Assembly: GCA_963735595.1 (NCBI GenBank)
Contig: CAVTLK010000002.1
Span: 160,001-224,000 of the forward strand
From: an uncultured delta proteobacterium
Lineage (GTDB): Bacteria; Desulfobacterota; Zymogenia; Zymogenales; Zymogenaceae
DNA: 64,000 nt
Direction: 5' to 3'
Under the pieces are notes generated by a model. It was not told the origin of the DNA, made no database searches, and worked only from the letters and a program-made list of their open reading frames with translations. Shown here one piece after another: positions 9,601-24,629 of this stretch (its first letter is position 1; every line of letters begins with the position of its first letter). Position numbers and translations under genes: made by a program.

Positions 9601-12600
9601 GGAGAAGTCACGTGGAACCTCGGCGACCTGGGCGCGATGGGCAGCGACAGCTACCTCCTGTTCAACCTTATGACTGCGTGCTCCGGCGGCACCGAGACGA
9701 ACGCCACCGTCGAGAGCAGCGGGTGGTGCGGGGACTACGACTATTCCAGCAGTCTGTCCTACCGGGCCTCGCGGGGCGAGCGGGAAGGAAAGCTCCTCCT
9801 CAAGAAGACGCCCGACGTCATCTATATCAAGGACCGGGGGGCCAACCTCCCCTGGACGATCTACGTCACCAACCCCGGCAGCGGGCCGGCAACCAACGTC
9901 GTCGTGACCGATACGCTGGGCGCGGGCATCAGCTATGTCGACGGCTCGGCGACGCTCGACGGCGCCCCGGTAACCCCGGTGGTTGTCCCTTCGGCGTACG
10001 CCAGCGGCGTGGAAACTACCGTCACGTTCACCATCGATGAGCTTGCCCCCGGGACAACCGCGACGATCACGCTGACGGGCCACGTGGAGGACTGCGAGAA
10101 CAGGACCAACCGCGTCCGGGCGACGTGGGGATGCTACGACGAGGTAACCGGCTTTGACTACTGCGGCGAAGCCCTGGCCGGCCCGGTGACCGTCCAGGAC
10201 CTCGGCACGCGGGTAATCATCAACCGGCACCAGGCGGACGACATCAACACCTGCGGCGGGACCTCGTTCGTAACGGTCGTGTTCAAGAATATCGGCAAGG
10301 CCTACGCCTACGACATGCTGCTGACCGAGACGCTGCCCCTGGGCGTCGAGTACGATACGGCCTATCCCGGCGGCTGGACCGCAGTGGATGCATTCGGCAA
10401 CAACCTGGCCGCCTACCTGGCCTTTGCCGACGGCAGCAATCACACGACGGGCGGCGGCACCCTTACCTGGACCTTTACAAACAGCATGAAGCCGGTGGAC
10501 AACAGCGGCGAGGGAGACGAGTTCACCATCCGATTCCCGGTAAAGATCGTCGGCTGCGACTATACGAGCGGCGCCTCGATGATGGCCAACCTCAATTACG
10601 ATACCCCGTGCAGCACGGCTACCACCCCCGCGCAGGACACCGTCTCGACCGTGTCGGCTCCGGTACTGGAGGTCACCAAGGGACCGGATATCACCGCGGG
10701 CGACCCGAGCGACCCGATCATCTGGGATATCGAGATCACCAACCCGTCCGGTTACACGGCCATGGCCGTTTTCCTCTGGGACATTCCCGCCCCGGCGAGC
10801 TACTTTTCCAGCGTTACCATCAACGGGCTTTCCGGCTCCGGCACCGAGATCGACCCCTGGGATATCGGGAATATTGCTCCCGGCGACAGCATGCTGTTTA
10901 CGGCACGGGGGATCCTGAGCGACTGCTACCCCACCACGACGGGCAGCAACACCGCCTGGGTCGAGTGGTGCGAGGACTGCAAAACCAGCGCCTCCAGCAA
11001 TATCTCCATGATAAACTCCACGCCCCATGTCACGCCCGGCATCGACCTGGACGTGGACTACTGCGGGGGGAGCGTCACCATCACGCTGGTAAACACCGGC
11101 TCCCGGGCCTACGACATTGTGCTGACGGACGTCTTCCCGGCGGGCTTCGAATATACCGTGGGCTCCGCGGAAATCACGTCGTCGGAGGGAAGGACGTTTA
11201 GCGAGGCGAACGAAGAGCCGCACTACGACGTGCCGACCCGGACACTGACCTGGGACAGCAACGCGGCTACCGCGCCGGTCTTCATGGATACGGCCGGCAA
11301 TACCTATATAGAGAAACTCGAAACCCTGACCATCACGTTCAATCTCGAAAACGAGATGGAGGCGGGAGAACAGTGCACGTCAACCTTCGGGGATACGCAT
11401 ACCGTTTCCATCCACTATGAGGACGCCTGCGACGATACGTATGACGAGACGACGACCGGAACCGCCACGATCCCGGCCTATCCGAACCTGACCGTAACCA
11501 AGGAGCTGGACCCCGTCTACGGGGTAATCGGGGAGACCGACCCCGCCCTGTGGCACGTCACGATAGACAACAACGGCGGTCCGGCCTACGGCACCATCAC
11601 CATCGTGGATACGTTCGGGTCAGGCTGGGACATGACAACAGTCAACGCCCCGGCCACCGTAAACGGCACCGGCACGCGGACGATAGACACCGGCGCGCGC
11701 ACCGTCACCTGGAGCGGCGTGAGCCTTGATACAGGCCCCAGCTCCGAGACGATCGACATATGGGTCCAGCCTCTCAGCACCAGCCCCGAGTCCGACCTGA
11801 GCAACTCCGTGATGGTAACCGGCGCCTGCATCGGCGGATGTAACTACGAATCGGCCGGCGCCACCCAGAACATCGTCCCCGGCCACAGCGAGATCGAAAA
11901 GGTCTACGACAGGGCTACCGCCACGATCGGGGAAACGGTCCACGTGACGATTACCGCGAGCTATTTTGGCGCCGGTACACCCTACGAAGACGTCCTGGTC
12001 GTCGACACGCTGCCGACAGGCCTTACCTACGCCGGCAACCTCACGATAAACGGGACCCCGTCGTCGATCACGCCGGTCGGCCAAACCCTTACCTGGGACC
12101 TCGGGGATTTTCCCGGAACCCAGGCCTATGTTATCGAATTCGATACGTTTGTAGCCAACACCGCCGATACCGACAACGGAGACACGCTGCCCAACACGGC
12201 GACGACCACCTACCTTGTCGGGGCGACGTCGTACACGGATTCTTCCACGACCACCCTGACCATCACCGAGGCGCTGCTGACGATCGACAAGACCTACGCG
12301 GTGGTAGGGGGCGGCCCGGTGGAGGGAAGTGCGGTCATCGAGTATACCCTGACGCTGGCAAACACCGGAACGAGCACGGCGTTTGACATAGACGTCGCCG
12401 ATACGCTGGGCGCGGGGCTCACCAGTCCGACCTGGGTATCGGGCGGCAACAGCCACGATTTCTCCGGCTTCCCGGGATCTGCGCTGCTGTGGCACGTCAA
12501 CAGCCTTGCCGTGGGCGCGTCGACGACGCTCGTCTACCGGGTAACGGTAGAAGACAGCGTGACGCCCTGTTCGATGCTGAACAACGAGGCGATAGTGACC

Positions 12601-15600
12601 TGGACGAGCCTCAACGGGACCCCCACCTTGCCCGCCGAGGAGCGGACGGGCAGCGGGACCCCGGCATACAACGACTACCGGACCAGCGACACGCTCCAGG
12701 TGCCGGTGGACACGGTCGCGTCCATCACCAAGAGCCTGGTGCCCCCAACGGACGGTTACTGGACGATCGGCTCGGAGGTGAACTACCTGATCCGGGTGAT
12801 GCTGCCGCGGACCACTATTTCTGACCTGACGGTTACCGACGTCATCGGCCTCAGCGGTAATAACAGAAACGGCCTGAGATACGAGGGAGCTACCTTCGTG
12901 GCCCCGGGCGGCGGGGCCCTTCCCACCGCGCCGGGCGAGAGCGTTTCTTCGCCCAACGACGGGACGGCCCCGGTCACCGTGACCTGGACGTTTAGTAATA
13001 TCCCCGGGTACGACGCGGCGGCAAGCGGCCCCGACCGGTACCTGTGGATCGCGGTGGAGGCGGTGGTGACCAACGTTGCCGAGAACAACGACGGCGACGT
13101 CATCCCCAACAGGGTCACGGCGACCGACAGCGGCGCGTGCCTGACCTGGCCGGGCGGCAACAGCGCCAGCTCGGCAAACGTGACCGTTCGGGAGGCGGGC
13201 CTGACGATCGACAAGACCTACGCGGTGATAGGGGCGACTCCCGTTGAGGCGGGCGCGGTCATCCGGTATACGCTGACGCTGAGAAACACGAGCACCGTCT
13301 GCACGGCCCATGATATAGACGTGGAAGACACGCTTGGCGCGGGGCTCGCCAGCCCGGCCTACGTATCCGGGGACGTCGCCGGCAATATCTCGCACGATTT
13401 CTCCGGCTTCCCGGGGTCTGCGCTCTTGTGGCATATCAACAGCCTCGCCCCGCTTGCGTCGGTGACGCTGGTTTACGACGTGACGGTAGAAGACACCGTG
13501 ACGCCCTGTTCGATGCTGAACAACGAGGCGGTGGTGACCTGGACGAGCCTGAACGGGTCGCCCGCCGAAGAGCGGACCGGCAGCGGGACGCCGGCGTGGA
13601 ACGACTACCGGACGAGCGACACGCTTTCGATACCGGTGGACACGGTTGCGTCCATCACGAAGGACCTGGTGCCCCCGGCGGACGGTTACTGGACGATCGG
13701 TTCGGAGGTGAACTACCTTATCCGCGTGATGCTGCCTCGGGCGGAGATTTCTGACCTGACGGTGACCGACGTCATCGGCACGGCGGGCCCCACGAACAAC
13801 GGCCTGAGATACGTCGGCGCTACCTTCGTGGCCCCGGGCGGCGGGGCTCTTCCCACCGCGCCGGGCGAGAGCGTTTCTTCACCCAACGACGGGACGGCCC
13901 CGGTGACGGTTACCTGGACGTTTGCCAACATACCCGGGCACCTGGCGGACCCGGACGAAGCCGATAACGACCGGTACCTGTGGATCGCGGTGGAGGCGGT
14001 GGTGACCAATGTTGCCGAGAACAACAACGGCGACAGCATACCCAACAGGGTTACGGCCACGAGCAGCGGCGCGTGCCTGACGTGGCCGGGCGGCAACAGC
14101 GCCAGCTCGGCAAATGTCCTGGTGCGCGAGGCCAACATTACAATTGACAAGACCTACGCGGTGATAGGGGCGACTCCCGTTGAGGCGGGTGCGGTCATCC
14201 GGTATACCCTGACGCTGAGAAACACGAGCGCCGTCTGCACGGCCTACGACATAGACGTCGAAGATACTCTGGGCGCGGGGCTCACCGGTCCGACCTACGT
14301 ATCGGGGGACGTCGCCGGGAATATCACGCACGATTTCTCCGGCTTCCCGGGATCTGCGCTCTGTGGCATATCAACAGCCTCGCCCCGCTTGCGTCGGTGA
14401 CGCTGGTTTACGACGTGACGGTGAGAAGACACGCGTGACGCCCTGCTCGATGCTGAACAACGAGGCGGTGGTGACCTGGACGAGCCTGAACGGGTCGCCC
14501 GCCGAGGAGCGGACCGGCAGCGGGACGCCGGCGTGGAACGACTACCGGACCAGCGATACGCTTTCGATACCGGTGGACACGGTTGCGTCCATCACGAAGG
14601 ACCTGCAGCCCCCGGCGGACGGTTACTGGACGATCGGCTCGGACGTCTACTACCAGATCCGGGTGATGCTGCCGCGGGCGGACGATTTCGGACCTGACGG
14701 TGACCGACGTCATCGGGACGGCGGGTAACGCCAACAACGGCCTGAGATACGAGGGTGCAACCTTTGTGGCCCCGGGCGGCGGGAGTATCTCGCCCACGTC
14801 AACCAATATTTCGACGCCGAACGACGGGACGGTACCGGTGACGGTGACATGGGAGTTTGCCAACATACCGGGATACGACGCGGCGGCAAGCGGCCCCGAT
14901 CGGTACCTGTGGATTATAGTGCACGCGGTGGTGACGAACGTCGACCAGAACAACGACGGCGACAGCATCCCCAACACCGTCACGGCGACGGATACGGGCT
15001 CGTGCCTTACCTGGCCGGGCGGCAACAGCGCCAGCTCGTCCAACGTGATCGTGCGCGAGGCGGGCCTGACGATCGACAAGACCTACGCGGTTATATCGGC
15101 CTCCGGCCTTGTGGAAGCGGGCGCGGTCATCCGGTATACCCTGACGCTGGAAAACGAGAGCACCGTCTGCACGGCTTACGACATAGAAGTGGAAGACACG
15201 CTGGGGCCGGGACTCACCGGTCCGACCCATGTATCCGGCGGTGACAGCCACGATTTCTCCGGCATCCCTATTACGTTCCATATAAACAGCCTCGCCCCGG
15301 GCGCCTCGACGACGCTCGTCTATGACGTGACGGTAGACAGCTAACTCCGACGTGGTGGCCTGCTCGACACTGGACAACGAGGCGATGGTGACCTGGACGA
15401 GCCTCAACGGGTCGCCCGCAGAAGAGCGGACGGGCAGCGGGACGCCGGCGTGGAACGACTACCGGACCAGCGATACGCTCCAGGTGCCGGTCAATACGGA
15501 CGCGGCTATCACCAAGACGCTCACGTCCGACCCGACCGTGACGATCGGTTCGACGGCGACCTACGACATCACCGTTACGCTGCCGCAGGCCCAGATCACG

Positions 15601-18600
15601 GACCTGACCGTTGCCGACGTGATCGGCGTGGCCGGTGACGCCAACAACGGCCTGAGATACGTCAGCTCTACCATCGAGGTGCCGGGCGGCGGGGCCATTA
15701 CGCTTACCCCCACCGTCTCCACGCCGAACGACGGGACGGGCCCGGTCACCGTGACCTGGGAGTTTACCAACATCCCCGGGTACCTGGCGACCCCGGCCGC
15801 CCGCGACCTGGTGATCCACGTCACCACGGACGTGCCGGACGTCGTTGAGAACAAGGACGGCGACGTCATCCCCAACACCGTCACGGCCACGGATACCGCT
15901 TCGTGCCTGATCTGGCCCGGCGGTAACAGCGCCAGCTCGGCAGATGTGACGGTGCGCGTGCCGGCCCTGACGATAGAAAAGAGCGTGACCGAGATACTCG
16001 GCGCCGACGGCGTGCCGCGCGCCACCGTCGAGCCGGGCAGCGTGGTGACCTACACGATCACCGTCAACAACGTCGGCAGCGGGGAGGCCAGAAACGTTAC
16101 CGTCTCCGACACCCTGCTGCCCGAGTTCGAGAACCCGCTCCACGTCTCCGGCGGGGACAGCCACAATTTCTCCGGCAACCCGCTCACGTGGACCGTCAAC
16201 AGCATACCGGGCAACAGCTCGGCAACGGTAGTCTTCTCCGTGACGGCGACCAGCGCCATCACCGAGGGCGGCCTCTACATTAACTGCGCCTCGGTCGTCG
16301 GCGAGGATATCCTGGGCAACGTGATACCGGCCGACAACACCGACCATGTCTCGGCCGACACGTACGACACCGCCACCGGCACCGACAGGTCCTGTGCGCA
16401 GGTAACCGGGGCGGTCCCGACGCTGACGCTCGACAAGGAGATACTCTCGGTCAACGGCGTCGCGTATACCAGCGACATGACCGTTCAGCCCGGCGATTAC
16501 GTCATATACCGCGTCACCGTCACCAACACCGGGACGGGCACGGCCTACGACCTTAACGTAACCGATACCTTATCCGAGGGGCTTGGCTACGGCGATTACC
16601 TGGCGCCGCTAAGCGATACGCCGCCGACCCTGGGGACCGGAACGTATACGAGCGCCACATGGAGCGACTACTACGACGCGACGACGTAACCCCGGTACCG
16701 GCAGGATCGCTTACCGCCCATACCCATGGTAACGCCCCGGAGGACACCGGCGGCACGGTTCCCGCGACCATCGGCACGCTCATCTGGGACGGCTCGGACA
16801 TCCGTCCGCTCTCGCTCCCGTCCTCGTTCGCCGAACCCGAACGTTACCGGCATCGTGCTGCCGGGCGGCCAGACCTACACGATCGAGTACGTCGCCTACG
16901 TAAACGGATCGATTATCCAGCATTCGGTGGCTGAAAACCTGGCCGATGCCGAGGCAAAGGACGGATGGGGGACGACGGTGCCGTGTAATGAAGACCACAC
17001 GTCTATCAACACGCGCGAGCCGTTCTTCGTCACCGAAAAGACCATCACCCAGATCGACGGCGATCCCACAAACACGCTGGTGGCTGTGGTCGGCAGCATC
17101 ATCGACTACTCGTTTACCATAACCAACGTCGGTGAGGGCGACGCCCACAACGTCAACATCTTCGACACGCTGCCGATCGGGTTTGTATACGTCCCGGGCA
17201 GCGCCAACATCGGCGAACCGACGATCTCGCTTGACGAGCGAGACCTCACCTGGCTTGTCAACGCGGACATCGCCTCGGGCGGGATCTATACTGTCACGTT
17301 CCAGGCGGAGGTGACCGACGGCACGTCGGGCGGCACCATGTACAACGTGATGTGGGTCGAGGGGCTGGACCTCAGCGATCAGCCGGTCACCAAGGACGGA
17401 TCGGGGATCACACCGCTCGATACCGACGCCGACGACCTGGACGACGTACCGGTCGAGGTCGATATCCCGAACGTGCCGCTCATCCTCGTGAAAGACGTAA
17501 CACCCCGCAGTGTCAGCGCCGGCGCGGTCGTGCACTACACGGTTACCTTTACCAACAACCGGAAGATCAGCTTCTATGATGCGACTATCACAGATACGAT
17601 GCCGCACGGCTTCACGTATCTACCCGGCACGACCCTGCTCGATGGCGTGCTCATCGCCGATCCGACCGGGAACAACCCCTACGTGTTCTCTATCGGAACG
17701 GTTGGGCCGGAGAGCGTGGCGAGGCTTGATTATTACGTGCTGGTGTCGCAGCTGCCCGTCACGGCGCGAACGTCAACTGGGCCGTGCTCAACGCCCACGA
17801 CGGCGCGGGCAAGCCCATCAGCCTCAAGGATCGGGCGACGGTAACGGTAACGGACGACAGCTTCTTTGATTTCGAGAAGTTCCCGTTCCTGCCCCGGTTC
17901 TCCCGGCCGACGGCCGCGCCCGAGGTTCCCCGCGTGCCGGAGAAAGGAACGTCCGCGTCCCGAGTGCTGCCTGGTCGTGACGGCGATTCCCGTTCGCTCC
18001 CAGGATTTCGGCGATACGGTGCCGGGCCGCCCGGAGATCTACTACCAGACCGACATAGCGATGTACGCCGCAACGGAGCTCCTGGTGACCGAAAAGAGGA
18101 TGACGCCGTGGCTTGAAGTGCAGGGATTTGACCCCGAGCGCACATACCTTATGACCGGCCTCTACAACCGGATGATCACCAAGCTCGGCGAGTACGCCCA
18201 GTATAACCTCGGGAACGTTGTCATGGAATCGCTCCTGGGTATCCCCCTTGAGTACGCACCGGGTGTCCTGGAGAAGGCCCGCCGCGAGGGCACGACGCCG
18301 GAGCGGGCGGGAATCGAACTCACCAGGGACCTCGCCGAAAGCGGCGGGCCTGTCCGCGGTTCCCGACATCCAGCCGATATTCCTCGAATACTTCGGTTCC
18401 TACCCCTACCTGCATGAGCGGATAGCCGAAGACAAGCTCGCCTGGGAAGAGGGGCTGATGGATAAGAACATCATGCCGGCCGCCCTCGGCTTTACGCTGC
18501 TCCGGGAGGCGGGCCAGATCGAGATGTTCCTGGCCAGCACCGATCCCACCGAGCGGTTCTTCGGCCTGCTGCTGCTGACCCAGGCGATCGAAAAGACCAG

Positions 18601-21600
18601 GTCCATATCGACGGACCTGGCGAAGACCGCGGAGTTCTCGCCGCCGGTAAAATACCTGCCTCACTTCAGCAGGATCGAGGTCGAAAAGGGCAGGGGCCTG
18701 ACGTGGCGCACGACCGACGAGACCAGCACGCTCTATGACCATGCGTCGGTCCTCTGGGGCCTTTCCAAGCTCAGGAGCGTGGCACTGCATTCGGCCGACC
18801 CCGATGTCAGGGCGCTGGTGCCCCAGATCACCGAGCGGATGAACGAGATCTACCGGGCCATCGAGGCGATACACTACGATGAACAGAGCAAGGGCTTCGT
18901 GAGCGTTCATGCCCCCGGGAAGGGAGATGATGAAAAGAGCATAGCCGCCAAGGACCTCGCCTTTACGATCCTGGCGATGCGGTCGGTCCTGTTTGACAAC
19001 CGCGACCTGTCGATCAATACGATCGACCCGAAACGCAAGATCGTCGAGATCGCCGATTTCATGATCGAAGAGCTCATGAGCGACGATGGAGGCGTCTATA
19101 CCGCATACAATTACGCCGACGGAACCCCCGTCGTGGGAGTGAAGCGGAACCTGGTCGACAACGCCCTGGCAGTCCGGGCGCTCCTTTCGGCTTACGTCGT
19201 CACCGAGGACAGGAAATATAGGAACGCCGCGCTCAGGGTCTACGCGTTCATGGTCAAGGAACTCTGGTATGAAGACCTCATGATCTTCATCGACGAGGAG
19301 GACCCGGACTACGAGGTGGTGCTGACCCCGCAGTCCATCGGCGCGCTGATAGGGGCCCTCAGGGATCTGGTGCTTTACGGCGACCCGAAAATGCGGCACG
19401 ACTATCTTGACCGGATGTCGTACACGACCGACCGGGTGCTCGACCAGTCCCAGCTTCAGCTCTACGAGAACCGGTTCTTCCCGTGGCATGCGCCTATCAC
19501 GATCGTCCCGAAAGACCCCAACGGGAGGTCCTACATCAAGCCGATCGTCACGACGATCCGCGACAAGGGGATATCCCACGACCTTGCCCCGATCCTCGTG
19601 CGCAAGATGGTCCTCAACATAACGCCTACCGGCGCCATTGCGTCCGGCAACGAAGACGCAGTCTCCGACTGGAACAAGTGGAAGGCCGACCTGCGCTACG
19701 AAGTCCCCGACGTCATTGCGAGCGCGGTTATTGACGACACGTTTGTAACCGACGAAGGCATGTACTTCACGACGCTCACGCGGGATTATCAGCAGAACCT
19801 GAACGCGGACCTCCCGGCGTTTAACCCGTATCATACGGACCCGGGCATCCAGGTCTACGGCGCGTTCGTGGGAGGCGAGGTAAGCAGCTACAACGTGAAG
19901 AACCTGACCCTCAATTCCGGTATGGGGATCGGCCTTTCCGAGTCCGAGCTGGTCAGGAGGCTTGCGAAGAAGGCCGGCAAGAGCCCGGAGAAGTACCTGA
20001 CCGATTACGTGGGAGCGCGGGCGCCGAAAGACGCCGCGGGAGATGATATCCTTTCACGGTTCATTAACAGGGTGAAGGGCGCGGTTGGGCTTGCCGCGGG
20101 CGGGCGGTTCACCGATATTATCTACCTTGAATATACCTCATCCAAGCCCTTCTATACCGAAGGTATCTCCGACGGGTGGGACGAGAAGACCTTTGATGAG
20201 AAGCTTACGGTCTCCTCCATGTCCTCGACGATGGTGCGGCAGATCATGTTCATCGTGGATAGCAACGGACGCACCGATCTGTCGGCGTCGGATAGGTTCG
20301 TGAACGACGTGATAACGATGTCGGTTGCGGCAAAGCGTGTCGTTCTCGGCGAGATCATCCGCAATGCCCAGAAAGACGGAATCGCCGGCGTCCCCCACAG
20401 CTACATGATGGTCCCGGATGAGAAGGAAAAACGCTCAGCCGTCACAATCGCGGAAAAGAAATCGACCCTCTTTGACGACACGTTCGCGATCTGGGCCGTG
20501 GCCCTCTTTATGGATGCCGAAAAGCAGGGACTCTTTGACGACTACCGCGCGGTCATGACGGACGTGACCGACGACGAAGCGGTCCTTGCCGCGCTCATCG
20601 ACGCGCTCATCGCCCACCATTACAACGCCGAGTACGGTACGCTGGTGACCGGCAGTGTCAACACCGTGGAGGTCTCAAAGGCCCTTGACATGCTGACGAG
20701 AGCCGCCGAAGTAATGGATGACGGGCCGGCCAAGGAGAAGCTCACGGGCCTGATCACGGAAACAGGCGGACTTCATCATGACACGGCTTGCGACCGATAC
20801 GGGATTTGAACCCATGATCGGGCTGGGCGGCGAGACAATCCCCGCCGACCTCTGCGAGATGGAGACCCTCGGGACGAACGTCTTCCCGATTCTTGCCCTC
20901 GTCCGAACGTGGGAGGTTACCGGCGACGAGAAGTACCTGAACAGGGCCCTTGTCTTCTTCGATCGTTTCGACGAAAGCAAGTGGGACCAGGAAATCGGGC
21001 TCTATCTCTCTTCAGGGACTATCTATAAGGCGACCGATGTGTCCAAGCTTGAGCTCAACTACAATAACCAGGAGCTCATCGCGGCGGTACTCCTGATCTC
21101 CAAGCTTCAACCGCACCTTTCCGGGGAACGGAAGATACTGTCGGCCTACCACATGACGACCTTTATGAACCGTATCATGGAGATCGCCAGCGTCGAGCGC
21201 TACCCGGGCAACGAAGACTCAGGCAATACGATCTACTCGCCCGAGATTATCAGGAGCGTCAAGATAGTCCTGTCCGAATCCAGGGGAGTCGGTAAGCCGG
21301 GAGACATATTCACCAACCGGATCGTTATCGACAACGACTGCTACGACGGGATCAGCCGGCCGCTTTCGCGCATCAGGATCGAACAGACACTGCCCGACGG
21401 CTTCCACTACGTGCCCGGCAGCACCCGGTTCAACGGGGCGGCCGGTCCCGATCCGATCGGCAGAAAGACCCTCAACTGGTACTACCCGCTGCTGAACGGC
21501 AGGAACCGGCTGGTTATCGATTACCAGGTCGTGGCCGATCCGACCATCGCTGAAGGCTCATATACGGCCACCCTTGACGTTATGGCGTTTTCGGGATACG

Positions 21601-21731
21601 GAGGCGACTACGTCCTCTGTGAGGATCGTGACATAGCGGCAACGACCCTTATTGTCGCAGACCCCTTTGCCGAAGTAGTGGAAAAGGCGTGTGTGCCGTG
21701 CGATGTCGGCAGGAGGGCCCTCTCGCGATAG
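6643..21731 (+). CDS. giant (~5,000 aa) DUF11/isopeptide-repeat surface protein with a duplicated alpha-helical C-terminal module (rejoined across ~10 single-base indels)
   Basis: Sec signal (ILLVLLLGVFSLA-QD). ORF pieces 6643-14400, 14363-14728, 14700-15344, 15352-16689, 16659-16934, 16726-17844, 17784-18116, 17866-18417, 18218-20809 and 20778-21731 continue one another in domain content with no internal RBS/starts. Indels are visible by comparing repeat copies (e.g. cgctcttgtgg at ~13421 vs cgctctgtgg at ~14357). Confidence 0.75.
12277..15966 (+). repeat. four tandem ~900-940 bp direct repeats inside the giant gene (two DUF11-type domains per unit)
   Basis: Units begin (L/I)TIDKTYAV at 12277, 13201, 14137 and 15066, with long identical DNA stretches encoding e.g. 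EERTGSGTPAWNDYRTSDTL and CLTWPGGNSASS. Confidence 0.9.
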
Positions 21732-21772
21732 ATGTTCCTGCCGCACCGCGTGGTATGACGTATGGTTCTTTC

Positions 21773-21806
21773 AAGGCGGGCGCCCCAGACGGGCGCCCGC
21801 CTTTTT
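21773..21806 (+). terminator. intrinsic terminator closing the surface-protein operon
   Basis: aaggcgggcgccc-cagac-gggcgcccgcctt followed by a T run. Confidence 0.85.
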
Positions 21807-21881
21807 GTCCGCAGCCACCGTTTCTTCCGGTGGCGCGGCTCGCCTTGACGGTTTCCGGGGGTGGACAGACCCGGCTTCTGC

Positions 21882-21910
21882 TTGACAAATGACCCATCGG
21901 TGTTTAGATT
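21882..21910 (+). promoter_or_regulatory. sigma70-like promoter of clpB
   Basis: TTGACA-17 nt-TAGATT. Confidence 0.6.
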
Positions 21911-21959
21911 AAAAGGGAAAGAGACTACGCCGTATGTAAGAGAGGTAGAAGAATAACCA

Positions 21960-24551
<2,592 letters not shown>

Positions 24552-24629
24552 TCCCGGCAGTAGAAGGGGGCCGCATCGGATGACCCCTTTTCTGTGACGT
24601 CTCGGGGCGATCGAGACCCGGTGCAAACG

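Noticed and set aside
12277..15966. CRISPR array or DGR template/variable repeats
   Set aside because: Units are ~0.9 kb in-frame coding repeats with no spacers, no cas or reverse transcriptase, and no adenine-specific differences.
9145..19834. Long minus-strand ORFs (692, 604, 504, 358 aa) opposite the giant gene, and similar shadows over clpB, the ligases and the acyl-CoA dehydrogenase
   Set aside because: Antisense shadows of GC-rich coding sequence: Arg/Gly/Val-rich, no motifs, no RBS.
14340..20810. Giant protein as several separate genes or a pseudogene
   Set aside because: Breaks are single-base indels inside repeat units whose other copies are intact. Similar indels hit the RND, SRPBCC and saccharopine dehydrogenase genes, pointing to sequencing error. 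Not provable without reads.
21810..21959. CIRCE/HrcA or sigma32 heat-shock element before clpB
   Set aside because: No TTAGCACTC-N9-GAGTGCTAA or CCCCAT -10 seen; only a sigma70-like promoter.
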